The translations under genes and the position numbers were made by a program. The notes beneath the pieces were generated by a model that saw only the letters and a program-made list of their open reading frames with translations, did not search any database and was not told the origin of the DNA. Below, piece by piece: positions 47,653-56,710 of a stretch of 64,000 nt of DNA. The DNA is from a virus, in IMG/VR virus record IMGVR_UViG_3300042197_000966, positions 1 through 64,000 of that record; one strand, given 5' to 3'. How positions within the stretch are numbered: position 1 is the stretch's first letter; each line of letters begins with the position of its first letter.

Positions 47653-48080
47653 AAAACTACAAAGAAATCAAACACCTTGCTGAAGAAGCAAAGAAGAAAG
47701 AGAAAGAAGAGAAAAAGTTTTGTAGGCTCTGTCAGAAACCAGAGACCAGAGATGAATGTTCCTATGGCGAGAAAGCATGGGATCGTTTCGCTGTTCCCAT
47801 CAAGTCAGTCAAGAAAGAAGAACTAGAATTAGACGAAGCTGCTTGGACACGAAAGGAGGGTCAAAACAAGAATGGTGGTCTCAACGAGAAAGGTAGAAAA
47901 TCCTACGAAAGAGCTAATCCTGGAAGCGACCTTAAGGCACCTTCAAAGAAAGTTGGAAATCCCCGCAGGGCGTCATTTTGTGCCAGAATGAAGGGCATGA
48001 AATCAAAGCTCACTAGTAAGAAAACTGCCAGAGATCCAGACAGTAGGATCAACAAATCGCTTCGTGCGTGGAATTGCTGA
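47649..48080 (+). CDS. Basic protein with DUF6321-like C-terminal domain (possible internal head protein)
   Basis: EAAWTRKEGQNKNGGLNEKGRKSY...RRASFCARMKGMK...SRINKSLRAWNC. The ATG at 47649 overlaps the previous TGA. Confidence 0.65.
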   Translation: MKNYKEIKHLAEEAKKKEKEEKKFCRLCQKPETRDECSYGEKAWDRFAVPIKSVKKEELELDEAAWTRKEGQNKNGGLNEKGRKSYERANPGSDLKAPSKKVGNPRRASFCARMKGMKSKLTSKKTARDPDSRINKSLRAWNC

Positions 48081-48140
48081 CATAAAACTGCCAAAAAATT
48101 TACTATCGTTATAATTAGTTTTGAGGTTTCCATTATGATA

Positions 48141-48293
48141 ATGAGACTGAAAGAAGAAGACATCACACGACTTATTCTTGCCTGCGAACTCTATAAGAAT
48201 TCTACTGGATCAGAGTATATCTGGGACCAGTATAACGAACTTATAAAGACACTCAAAACTTACCTTGAACAATACTCGACAGATGATGACTAA
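48141..48293 (+). CDS. 50-aa hypothetical protein (not in ORF track)
   Basis: MRLKEEDITRLILACELYKNSTGSEYIWDQYNELIKTLKTYLEQYSTDDD. GAGG upstream, alternative ATG at 48135. Confidence 0.65.
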   Translation: MRLKEEDITRLILACELYKNSTGSEYIWDQYNELIKTLKTYLEQYSTDDD

Positions 48294-48375
48294 TACACTT
48301 ATCAGTGCTATGCTAATTTTTTCTAGCATAGCACTTTTCATTTATTGGGGGCTCACACATGCTTACCCTAGTTGA
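48283..48375 (+). CDS. 30-aa single-TM peptide
   Basis: MMTNTLISAMLIFSSIALFIYWGLTHAYPS. Overlaps both neighbours. Confidence 0.55.
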   Translation: MMTNTLISAMLIFSSIALFIYWGLTHAYPS

Positions 48376-48484
48376 GCATTTAGCAGCAAGTCAAATTTGG
48401 TTAGGACTTTGTGGATTTGGTGTAATTGTCCTACCGATCATGGGCATACAATACATCCACAGCAAGCACAAAAATGATACATGA
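48359..48484 (+). CDS. 41-aa single-TM peptide
   Basis: MLTLVEHLAASQIWLGLCGFGVIVLPIMGIQYIHSKHKNDT. Confidence 0.55.
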   Translation: MLTLVEHLAASQIWLGLCGFGVIVLPIMGIQYIHSKHKNDT

Positions 48485-48599
48485 CTTTCCCTGGGGAGTA
48501 TTCATAATTCTCAGTTGTGGTCTTTCTTTTACTTTGTATATCATCTACTACATATTACGGATGGCAAACGAGGAAATGAAAGACCATGACAGACACTAA
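48474..48599 (+). CDS. 41-aa single-TM peptide
   Basis: MIHDFPWGVFIILSCGLSFTLYIIYYILRMANEEMKDHDRH. Confidence 0.55.
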   Translation: MIHDFPWGVFIILSCGLSFTLYIIYYILRMANEEMKDHDRH

Positions 48600-49023
48600 A
48601 GATCCATATATTTACCGCATTCGTTCAGTACATAAAGTAGTAGATGGTGACACCATTGATGCTGATATTGACTTAGGTTTTGATATCAGCCTCACTAAAA
48701 GAATTCGCCTTGCTGGTATTGATACCCCCGAAAGTCGCACGGCAGATCCATACGAAAAGAAACTCGGACTTCAAGCAAAAGATTGGTTGAAGCACAGACT
48801 AGAATTTGCCAAAGATATTATCATCAAGACTGAACTTCCAGACAGCACAGAGAAGTATGGTCGCATCATCGGACATCTGTATATCAACGGGGAAGAAACA
48901 TCGCTGAATAACCAGATGATCGCTGAAGGATATGCGTGGAACTATGATGGTGGAACCAAAGCTAAGGATTTTAACATTCTAAAGGAAATCAGAATTGCTA
49001 AAGGAACCTGGACAGAAGCATAA
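48586..49023 (+). CDS. Thermonuclease (SNase-like) family protein
   Basis: KVVDGDTID, RIRLAGIDTPE, EKYGRIIG and LNNQMIAEGYA motifs. Confidence 0.9.
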   Translation: MTDTKDPYIYRIRSVHKVVDGDTIDADIDLGFDISLTKRIRLAGIDTPESRTADPYEKKLGLQAKDWLKHRLEFAKDIIIKTELPDSTEKYGRIIGHLYINGEETSLNNQMIAEGYAWNYDGGTKAKDFNILKEIRIAKGTWTEA

Positions 49024-49053
49024 TTTATAAGCATGTAAAGACATACTTATCAA

Positions 49054-49110
49054 ATCGTAACATAATGTAACACTTTTTTCTGCTACATAGCTTATAATAA
49101 ATGTAGCAGA
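49054..49110. promoter_or_regulatory. Putative regulatory region: HLR1-like direct repeat plus an inverted repeat enclosing TATAAT
   Basis: The minus strand of 49054-49071 reads GTTACATT-AT-GTTACGAT. TCTGCTACAT / ATGTAGCAGA flank TATAAT at 49093-49098. Confidence 0.4.
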
Positions 49111-49119
49111 GAGTTACAT

Positions 49120-49350
49120 ATGTACGGGACTTATTTTATCGTTGTGTTTTTTGCGATCCTAGTAGCATATGCTGGGGTTGAGGAAACTATGAAACTCTTT
49201 GCTTATGCTGATCTTCAACTACGCTATGCGTTTGTAAGAGTTCAGATGAGATGGATGGGTTGGAAACTCAAGAGGCAACTTGTGAGAGATACAACCGATT
49301 TCAAAAAGTTCCTCGCAAATTACGAAAATGAACACGAAGACCTGCCCTAA
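49120..49350 (+). CDS. Small membrane-anchored hypothetical protein
   Basis: Hydrophobic N-terminus, 76 aa. Confidence 0.65.
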   Translation: MYGTYFIVVFFAILVAYAGVEETMKLFAYADLQLRYAFVRVQMRWMGWKLKRQLVRDTTDFKKFLANYENEHEDLP

Positions 49351-49540
49351 GTGTGGTGCTAATTGGATCAACGAACAGCACTACTGGACGGGAACAAACA
49401 AGCCAGGTAATGAACTTGACCTGGCGGGGTTAGTATGTAACAAGTTGGGAGATGATACTTGTATCAATCCTTGCCGTGGCAAAGAAGGTGGTGTTACATG
49501 GGAGAAGAGATTGAAAGAGTTGGAAGAAGACCACCCCTAA
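49328..49540 (+). CDS. Small Cys-rich hypothetical protein
   Basis: CPKCGA...DLAGLVCN...CINPC, immediately upstream of gp17. Confidence 0.7.
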   Translation: MNTKTCPKCGANWINEQHYWTGTNKPGNELDLAGLVCNKLGDDTCINPCRGKEGGVTWEKRLKELEEDHP

Positions 49541-49565
49541 ATACCAGTAGTGACTAGGTTTTATT

Positions 49566-51218
49566 GTGGCAGCTGGTACTGATGTATATTTGGGTAATCC
49601 TAATCTAAAGAAAGCAGGAACCCAAATATCATTTACAAAAAAGCAAATCAACGAATGGATCAAGTGTAAAAATGATCCAGTCTATTTTGCTGAAAATTAT
49701 ATTAAGATTATCTCACTAGACGAAGGATTGGTGCCTTTTGAGATGTATGATTTCCAAAAGAAGATTTTACAGGACTTCCATGAAAACCGATTCAACATCG
49801 CAAAACTCCCAAGACAAACTGGAAAATCCACTACGGTTGTTGCTTATCTGCTTTATTACGCAATATTCTTTGATAGCGTTAATATTGGCATTCTGGCTAA
49901 CAAAGCTTCCACATCCAGGGAACTCCTAAGCAGACTTCAACTTGCTTATGAGAACCTTCCCAGGTGGATGCAGCATGGTGTAGTTGTTTGGAACAAAGGT
50001 AATGTCGAACTTGAAAACGGATCAAAAATTCTGGCATCTTCTACATCTGCGTCTGCTGTCCGAGGCATGTCGTTTAATATCTTGTTCCTCGACGAATTCG
50101 CTTTCGTTCCAAACCATGTTGCGGAGCAATTCTTTGCCTCTGTTTATCCTACTATTACTTCTGGTAAGAGCACAAAAGTCATAATCATTTCAACGCCGAA
50201 TGGCATGAACCACTTCTACAAGATGTGGATTGATGCTAAGAACGGAAAGAATGGTTATGTGATGAATGAGGTTCATTGGTCTCAAGTTCCTGGCAGAGAC
50301 GCTAAGTGGAAAGAAGAGACACTCAAAAATACATCTGCCAGACAGTTCGCACAAGAGTTTGAATGCGACTTTCTTGGTTCTGCTGATACATTGATCAGTC
50401 CAGCCAAGCTTCAAAACATACCATTTTCTGACCCAATTACATCCAATGCAGGACTTGATATACACGAAAGAGTACAAAAAGATCACGAATACATTATTAC
50501 TGTTGATGTTGCCAGAGGAATTGGTGGCGACTATAGTGCTTTCATCGTGTTTGATATCACCACACTGCCGTATAAGGTCGTGGCAAAGTACAGAAATAAT
50601 GAAATTAAACCTGTATTGTTTCCCTCGGTCATCCTACAAGTAGCCAAGGAATATAATTTACCATACATCCTAGTAGAAGTAAATGATATTGGTGACAGCA
50701 TTGCTGCTACATTGAACTATGATTTGGAGTATCCTAATGTTCTGATGTGTGCCATGAGAGGTAGGGCAGGGCAAATTGTCGGCACTGGTTTCTCTGGCAT
50801 GAAAACTCAACTTGGTGTAAAGATGAGTGTGACGGTTAAGAAATTGGGTTGCGCTAATCTCAAAGCAATCATCGAAGAAGATAAATTGATGTTTGGTGAT
50901 TTTGAGATCCTACAGGAGCTCACTACATTCATCCAGAAGAAGATGGCATGGGAAGCAGATGAAGGATATCACGATGACCTTGTAATGTGTCTGGTTCTTT
51001 TTGCGTGGTTAGTCATGCAGGAATACTTCAAAGAAATGACAGATCAAGATGTTCGTCGTCGTATCTATGAAGAACAAAGAAATCAGATTGAGCAAGACAT
51101 GGCGCCATTCGGATTTGTTGATGATGGTCTTGGTGATGATAGTTTTGTAGATGCTGATGGATCTCTGTGGGAGTATGGAAATACTCAAGAAGAAGTAAGT
51201 TACATGTGGAACTATTAA
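49566..51218 (+). CDS. gp17: Terminase large subunit gp17
   Basis: YLGNPNLKK, Walker A PRQTGKST, Walker B FLDEFAF and nuclease DVARG / HDDLVM motifs. GTG start, with a CTAAATA late box at about 49537. Confidence 0.97.
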   Translation: MAAGTDVYLGNPNLKKAGTQISFTKKQINEWIKCKNDPVYFAENYIKIISLDEGLVPFEMYDFQKKILQDFHENRFNIAKLPRQTGKSTTVVAYLLYYAIFFDSVNIGILANKASTSRELLSRLQLAYENLPRWMQHGVVVWNKGNVELENGSKILASSTSASAVRGMSFNILFLDEFAFVPNHVAEQFFASVYPTITSGKSTKVIIISTPNGMNHFYKMWIDAKNGKNGYVMNEVHWSQVPGRDAKWKEETLKNTSARQFAQEFECDFLGSADTLISPAKLQNIPFSDPITSNAGLDIHERVQKDHEYIITVDVARGIGGDYSAFIVFDITTLPYKVVAKYRNNEIKPVLFPSVILQVAKEYNLPYILVEVNDIGDSIAATLNYDLEYPNVLMCAMRGRAGQIVGTGFSGMKTQLGVKMSVTVKKLGCANLKAIIEEDKLMFGDFEILQELTTFIQKKMAWEADEGYHDDLVMCLVLFAWLVMQEYFKEMTDQDVRRRIYEEQRNQIEQDMAPFGFVDDGLGDDSFVDADGSLWEYGNTQEEVSYMWNY

Positions 51219-51442
51219 TGGACTTAGAAGATCAGTTTTCTCTAGAGCATCTCATTTTCAAGGAGAGAAAATGTAGAACTTGTAACAAAGAAAAAGATCT
51301 CCTTACAGATTTTTATTTGATCAGAAAAAATAAAAGACCATTTCCATCAGCATATTCATACGAATGTAAAGCATGTACAGTCAAAAGAATTATTGAAGCA
51401 AGGAAGAAAGATCCTGGCACATGGTTATATCCTGACTGGTAG
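51218..51442 (+). CDS. Small Zn-finger protein (CxxC...CxxC)
   Basis: RKCRTCNKEK...YECKAC. ATG at 51218 overlaps the gp17 stop. Confidence 0.7.
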   Translation: MDLEDQFSLEHLIFKERKCRTCNKEKDLLTDFYLIRKNKRPFPSAYSYECKACTVKRIIEARKKDPGTWLYPDW

Positions 51443-51525
51443 AGTGTTCATGCGTTGTTTCCCCCTCTGAACATTACTAATTTCTAAATAGATTTAGATA
51501 AATTTGATATCTAAGAGGTAAACAA

Positions 51526-53439
51526 ATGGCAAGTCAAGTCTCGCCTGGTGTTGTTATTAAGGAACGTGATTTATCCAATGCTGTAGTAACTGGAGCACTC
51601 GCTATTCGTGCTGCTTTTGCCACTACATTTCGCACTGGACCAGTAGGCAAAGTAATCAATGTCAATTCAGAAAGAGAACTAATTGACACCTTCGGAACAC
51701 CAGCTGAGGCAAATGCTTCCGATTGGTTAGTAGGAGCAGAATTCCTCCGCTACGGTGGACAACTAGCAGTTCTTCGCGCAGCAACAACTGTAAAGAACGC
51801 AACCAAGAGTGGCACTGGAGTTCTAATCTCAACAAAAGAAGCATTTGATGCTGGTGTTACAACAGAAAAATTTGCTGCTCGTTACGCAGGAACAGAGGGT
51901 AACTACTATCGTGTAGTTATTCTTGATCGTGGTGCTGATTATAAAGTAACCAAAACTGCTCATGGACTGACAGTTGGTGGAACTTTTACAGCAGCAAACA
52001 CCACAACTCATGAAGTATACAAGGTAATTGATGCTGATAATTTCCTAATCGTTAAAGGTTCTGGAGTTCCAAACAGTGGTGGTGGAGCAACAGTTGCTGC
52101 TTACACAAATTCCGATTGGAATGCTGAGGCAATTGGATCAACTGGTTTGACCTTTAAGGCAATCGGTCCTCGTCCTGGCACTTCACCTTGGGCAGCAGAG
52201 CGTTATCTTTCATATGACGAAGTTCATCTTGCTGTAATTGATGAGAGAGACAACACAGTTGTTGAGCGTTTCACATATCTTTCAAAGATCTCTGATGCTA
52301 AGTCACCAGAAGGAAATTCAACATACTGGAAGTCAGCAATCAATGAATTTTCAAACTACATCTATGCTGGTCAAGATTTAAGTTCTGCTGAGATCACCAC
52401 TGCTGGTGAAAATCCTGGTGGAACTGCTGCTTCCTATGGTGCTACATCTGGCGCTCCTCTAGAGTTATCAAGAATTCTCCAGAGTGCTGGTGGAGCTCTA
52501 TCAGGTGGTGTTGATGATTACGCATACACTGCTGGAGAAATTCAAGCAGCATACGATGCTTTCCTTGATACAGAAGAGACCCAAATTGACTTTGTTCTAA
52601 TGGGCGGTTCAATGAGCAACGAAACCGATACCGTTGCCAAGGCACAAGCAGTTGCTGCTATCGCAAATAGCAGAAAAGATTGTGTTGCTTTCCTCTCACC
52701 ATACGTTGGTAATCAGGTAGCTACTTCTGGTGGTGCTGCTATTACGGCATCTACTCAACTAGCAAATACTATCGCATTCTTTGACAACATTGCTTCAAGC
52801 TCATATGTTGTTCTTGATAGTGGTGTCAAGTATACCTACGATCGTTTCAACGATAAGTATCGTTACATCGGTTGTAACGGTGATGTTGCTGGACTTTGTG
52901 TTTCAACCTCGGCAATTCTAGATGACTGGTTCTCACCAGCAGGTCTAAATCGTGGTGGTGTTCAGAATGTTGTGAAGCTTGCTTTCAATCCAAACAAAGC
53001 AGCAAGAGATGATCTCTACAGCAACAGAATTAACCCAATCGTTTCACTTCCTGGTTCTGGTCCTGTTCTCTTTGGAGACAAGACTGGTCTTGCTTCACCT
53101 TCCGCATTTGATAGAATTAACGTTCGTCGTTTGTTCCTCAATGTTGAGAAGAGAGCAAAGGCACTTGCTGAAGCAGTGCTCTTTGAGCAAAATGATAGCA
53201 CCACTCGTTCAAACTTCAGTGCTTCAATTTCGTCATATCTTTCTGAAGTTCAAGCACGTAGAGGTGTCACTGACTTCCTAGTTGTTTGCGATGAAACAAA
53301 TAACACTCCAGAAGTCATTGACAGAAATGAGTTTGTGGCTGAACTCTACCTCAAGCCAACCCGCTCAATCAACTATGTAACGGTTACCGTAACGGCAACC
53401 AGAACGGGCGTTTCCTTCTCGGAAGTCGTTGGTAGATAA
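51526..53439 (+). CDS. gp18: Tail sheath protein gp18
   Basis: SPGVVIKERD, WFSPAGLNRG and FDRINVRRLF motifs. CTAAATA box at about 51484 and a GAGG RBS. Confidence 0.97.
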   Translation: MASQVSPGVVIKERDLSNAVVTGALAIRAAFATTFRTGPVGKVINVNSERELIDTFGTPAEANASDWLVGAEFLRYGGQLAVLRAATTVKNATKSGTGVLISTKEAFDAGVTTEKFAARYAGTEGNYYRVVILDRGADYKVTKTAHGLTVGGTFTAANTTTHEVYKVIDADNFLIVKGSGVPNSGGGATVAAYTNSDWNAEAIGSTGLTFKAIGPRPGTSPWAAERYLSYDEVHLAVIDERDNTVVERFTYLSKISDAKSPEGNSTYWKSAINEFSNYIYAGQDLSSAEITTAGENPGGTAASYGATSGAPLELSRILQSAGGALSGGVDDYAYTAGEIQAAYDAFLDTEETQIDFVLMGGSMSNETDTVAKAQAVAAIANSRKDCVAFLSPYVGNQVATSGGAAITASTQLANTIAFFDNIASSSYVVLDSGVKYTYDRFNDKYRYIGCNGDVAGLCVSTSAILDDWFSPAGLNRGGVQNVVKLAFNPNKAARDDLYSNRINPIVSLPGSGPVLFGDKTGLASPSAFDRINVRRLFLNVEKRAKALAEAVLFEQNDSTTRSNFSASISSYLSEVQARRGVTDFLVVCDETNNTPEVIDRNEFVAELYLKPTRSINYVTVTVTATRTGVSFSEVVGR

Positions 53440-53476
53440 TTAGTAGTATAAGAAAAAATCACAGAGGTAACCACTA

Positions 53477-54064
53477 ATGGCATCGTCAAACGTAAGTCAG
53501 TTCCTACAAACTATCGGTCAGGGCGTGAAGCCCAACATGTTCCTGATTGATGTTCAGTTTCCTGCCACGCTATCAAAGCAGTCAGAAGATCAAAATCTTA
53601 CAAATCTACTTTGTAAGTCAGCAGCACTTCCAGGTTCAAACCTAGGTGTTATTGAAGTTCCTTTCCGTGGAAGAACAGTTAAGATCGCAGGTGATCGCAC
53701 CTTTGATACTTGGACTACCACATTCTTCAACGATAAGGATTTCAAACTACGCTCATTCTTTGAGCAGTGGGCAAATAGCATCAATACTCATGAGGGCAAT
53801 ACTGCTCCTCTATTTGTTCCTAACAATTCTTCAGGTTACATGGCTGACCTTGGAGTTAAGCAACTAGAGAAAGATGCTAGCGAAGAAGGTGCTATCTTAA
53901 GAGCATACACTCTTAAGTATTGCTTCCCAACTAATGTTTCTCAAATTGACGTTGCTTATGATAGCAATGATCAGATTGAAGAGTTCACAGTTGAGTGGCA
54001 GTATTCATACTTCACCGCTGAGGCAGGAACCAGACAGGGCGTATCTTCACTTCCAGTAGTCTGA
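53477..54064 (+). CDS. gp19: Tail tube protein gp19
   Basis: CKSAALPGS...VPFRGRTVKIAGDRTFDTW and IEEFTVEWQY motifs. Confidence 0.97.
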   Translation: MASSNVSQFLQTIGQGVKPNMFLIDVQFPATLSKQSEDQNLTNLLCKSAALPGSNLGVIEVPFRGRTVKIAGDRTFDTWTTTFFNDKDFKLRSFFEQWANSINTHEGNTAPLFVPNNSSGYMADLGVKQLEKDASEEGAILRAYTLKYCFPTNVSQIDVAYDSNDQIEEFTVEWQYSYFTAEAGTRQGVSSLPVV

Positions 54065-54099
54065 TAAATAGTTGGAAGCAGTAATTTGAATAACTAATC

Positions 54100-55809
54100 A
54101 TGAGTCAACTATTTGGCTTCCAAATTAATCGCAAGGAGGCACAGAAGGGTCAGTCCCCTGTGCCTCCTTCTGCTGACGAACCAATTGCGGTTGCGGCTGG
54201 CGGTTATTATGGAACATATGTAGAAACGGATAATGCTTCTCAAGCTCGCAATGAGTTTGAGTTGATCCGTCGTTATCGTGACATGGCACTTCATCCAGAG
54301 GTTGATAGTGCTGTTGATGAAGTTGTAAATGAATTTGTAGTTAGCGATGCCAATGACAGTCCAGTAGAAATCAACTTAGATAACTTAGAAGTTGGATCTG
54401 GAGTAAAAAATAAAATTAGAAATGAATTTGATTATATTAAACGTCTTTTAAATTTTGATAATCGCGCACATGAGATTGTGCGTAACTGGTATATTGACGG
54501 TAGAGTATTCTACCACAAAGTAATTGATCTAGACAATCCAAAGAAAGGTATTACGGAACTTCGTTACATTGATCCAATGAAGATCAAGAAGGTCCGCCAA
54601 AAGATTGACGATAAACCAAAAGATTCTCTTGCTCGTGCTGCTATCAAAGGAACAGCACTTGAGTATGAGTATGGAACATTCGTAGATTATTATTTGTTTA
54701 ATCCAAAAGGTTTTTATCAAGGTGGTGTCCTAGGACCAATTGGTGACATGTCACTTTCACAAGGAGTGAAGATGGCAGTTGATAGTGTCACATTTATTCC
54801 TTCTGGATTACAAGATCTTAATAAGCGCATGACGCTGAGCTTTCTCCATAAAGCAATCAAGTCTCTCAATCAATTGAGAATGATTGAAGATAGTTTGGTA
54901 ATCTACAGATTGTCACGCGCACCAGAACGTAGAATTTTTTACATTGATGTAGGCAATCTTCCGAAGGTAAAAGCAGAACAATACCTCCGCGATGTAATGT
55001 CTCGTTACAGAAACAAACTTGTTTATGATTCATCAACTGGAGAGATGCGTGATGATAAAAAGCATATGTCAATGCTTGAAGATTTCTGGTTACCTCGTCG
55101 TGAAGGTGGTAGAGGAACTGAGATCACTACACTACCAGGCGGTCAAAACCTTGGTGAGCTCAAGGATGTTGAGTATTTCAAAAAGAAACTTTACAACTCA
55201 CTCAACCTACCACCTTCCCGCCTTACGGATGACAACAAGGGGTTTAATCTTGGTAAGACCACAGAGGTTCTCAGGGATGAACTCAAGTTTGCTAAGTTCA
55301 TCGGTCGTCTCCGCAAGCGTTTCAGCGAACTATTCCAAGATATTCTCAAGACACAACTAATCCTCAAGGGTATCATCTCACCAGAAGATTGGGATGATAT
55401 GAAAGAGCATATCCAATACGACTTCTTATTTGATAATCATTTCAACGAACTGAAAGAAATTGAAATGATGACCCAGCGTATTGCCATTGTTACACAGATG
55501 GATCCTTTTGTTGGCAAATACTACTCAGTAGAATATATACGCAAGCATATTCTCAATCAAACTGAAAAAGAATTCAAGGAGATTGATAAACAGATGAAGG
55601 GAGAGATCGCATCTGGTCTTGCGATTGATCCAGTCCAGACAAATATGATGGATACAATGTCACAACAAAATACTGCGTTCGGTCCAGAATTACAAGGTAT
55701 TCAAGCAGATGATAGTGCTGCCAGAGAACAAGAAGCTGCTGACGCAAACATGGACAGAGAGATGGAAAAGATGAAGGCACAACCTACACCTGCGCCAAAG
55801 TCTAAATAA
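54100..55809 (+). CDS. gp20: Portal vertex protein gp20
   Basis: IYRLSRAPERRIFYIDVGNLPKVKAEQY and EDFWLPRREGGRGTEITTLPGGQN motifs. GATAAATA box at 54063. Confidence 0.98.
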   Translation: MSQLFGFQINRKEAQKGQSPVPPSADEPIAVAAGGYYGTYVETDNASQARNEFELIRRYRDMALHPEVDSAVDEVVNEFVVSDANDSPVEINLDNLEVGSGVKNKIRNEFDYIKRLLNFDNRAHEIVRNWYIDGRVFYHKVIDLDNPKKGITELRYIDPMKIKKVRQKIDDKPKDSLARAAIKGTALEYEYGTFVDYYLFNPKGFYQGGVLGPIGDMSLSQGVKMAVDSVTFIPSGLQDLNKRMTLSFLHKAIKSLNQLRMIEDSLVIYRLSRAPERRIFYIDVGNLPKVKAEQYLRDVMSRYRNKLVYDSSTGEMRDDKKHMSMLEDFWLPRREGGRGTEITTLPGGQNLGELKDVEYFKKKLYNSLNLPPSRLTDDNKGFNLGKTTEVLRDELKFAKFIGRLRKRFSELFQDILKTQLILKGIISPEDWDDMKEHIQYDFLFDNHFNELKEIEMMTQRIAIVTQMDPFVGKYYSVEYIRKHILNQTEKEFKEIDKQMKGEIASGLAIDPVQTNMMDTMSQQNTAFGPELQGIQADDSAAREQEAADANMDREMEKMKAQPTPAPKSK

Positions 55810-55830
55810 ATTATATATTGTTATCTTATC

Positions 55831-56040
55831 ATGACTGAAACTAATAACGAAATGGGCGCCGTTGATATTGTTGGCAAGATCAGCGATAACGACAGAGCAT
55901 CCGCTATTGACGCAATCCATGACATGTTATTTGCTAAAGCATCTGATGCTATGGCAACTTACAAGCAAGTGGTAGCGAAAACTTTCTTTGACGAACCAAC
56001 CGAGACCGAAACCGATGAAACTGATAACGGAACAGATTGA
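55831..56040 (+). CDS. Small prohead core protein (gp67/gp68 position)
   Basis: Acidic 69-aa ORF between gp20 and gp21, preceded by CTAAATA. Confidence 0.55.
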   Translation: MTETNNEMGAVDIVGKISDNDRASAIDAIHDMLFAKASDAMATYKQVVAKTFFDEPTETETDETDNGTD

Positions 56041-56659
56041 GGACGTAAAAGTTCTCACAGAAGAAAAGAATGGAAAGAAACTTCTTTACATTGAAGGTAT
56101 CTTTCTTCAATCCGAACTCAAGAACCGCAATGGTCGCATGTATCCATTCGATGTTCTCAACCGTGAGGTAGAGAGATACAACGAAGAATATGTAAAGTCA
56201 AAGAGAGCTCTTGGAGAACTAGGACACCCAGATGGTCCTACTATCAATCTTGATAGAGTGTCACATAGAATTGTTGAACTCCGCGCAGAAGGACACAACT
56301 TCTATGGAAAGGCACAAATTCTAGATACCCCCATGGGACAGATTGCTAAGTCACTTCTTGGTGAAGGAGTACAACTTGGTGTTTCATCTCGTGGTATGGG
56401 TAGCATTGACAAGAGAGAAGATATCTCAATTGTCCGCGACGATTTCTTCCTCACCACCGCTGCTGATATTGTAGCAGATCCTTCCGCACCAGATGCTTTT
56501 GTCAATGGCATCATGGAAGGCAAAGAGTGGATTTGGGAAAACGGAATTCTCAAGGAAGCGAAAGTAGATAAATACCGCAAGTATATTGATGAGGCAACTC
56601 GTCAAAATATGGAAGCGAGAACGCTCAAAGTCTTTGAGCATTTCCTCTCAAATCTTTGA
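56015..56659 (+). CDS. gp21: Prohead protease gp21
   Basis: MKLITE start, ALGELGHP, GVSSRGMGS and DIVADPSAPDAFV motifs. Confidence 0.96.
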   Translation: MKLITEQIEDVKVLTEEKNGKKLLYIEGIFLQSELKNRNGRMYPFDVLNREVERYNEEYVKSKRALGELGHPDGPTINLDRVSHRIVELRAEGHNFYGKAQILDTPMGQIAKSLLGEGVQLGVSSRGMGSIDKREDISIVRDDFFLTTAADIVADPSAPDAFVNGIMEGKEWIWENGILKEAKVDKYRKYIDEATRQNMEARTLKVFEHFLSNL

Positions 56660-56710
56660 TTTCATAAATAAACTTAGAATAATTATACGGAAATTACGAG
56701 GTAAACTCAA

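Noticed and set aside
45820-49566. Classical cyanophage auxiliary genes (petE, ptox, zwf, gnd, hli) expected in the gp16-gp17 island
   Set aside because: None of the ORFs shows their motifs. The small TM peptides lack the ExxNGRxAM signature of Hli proteins.
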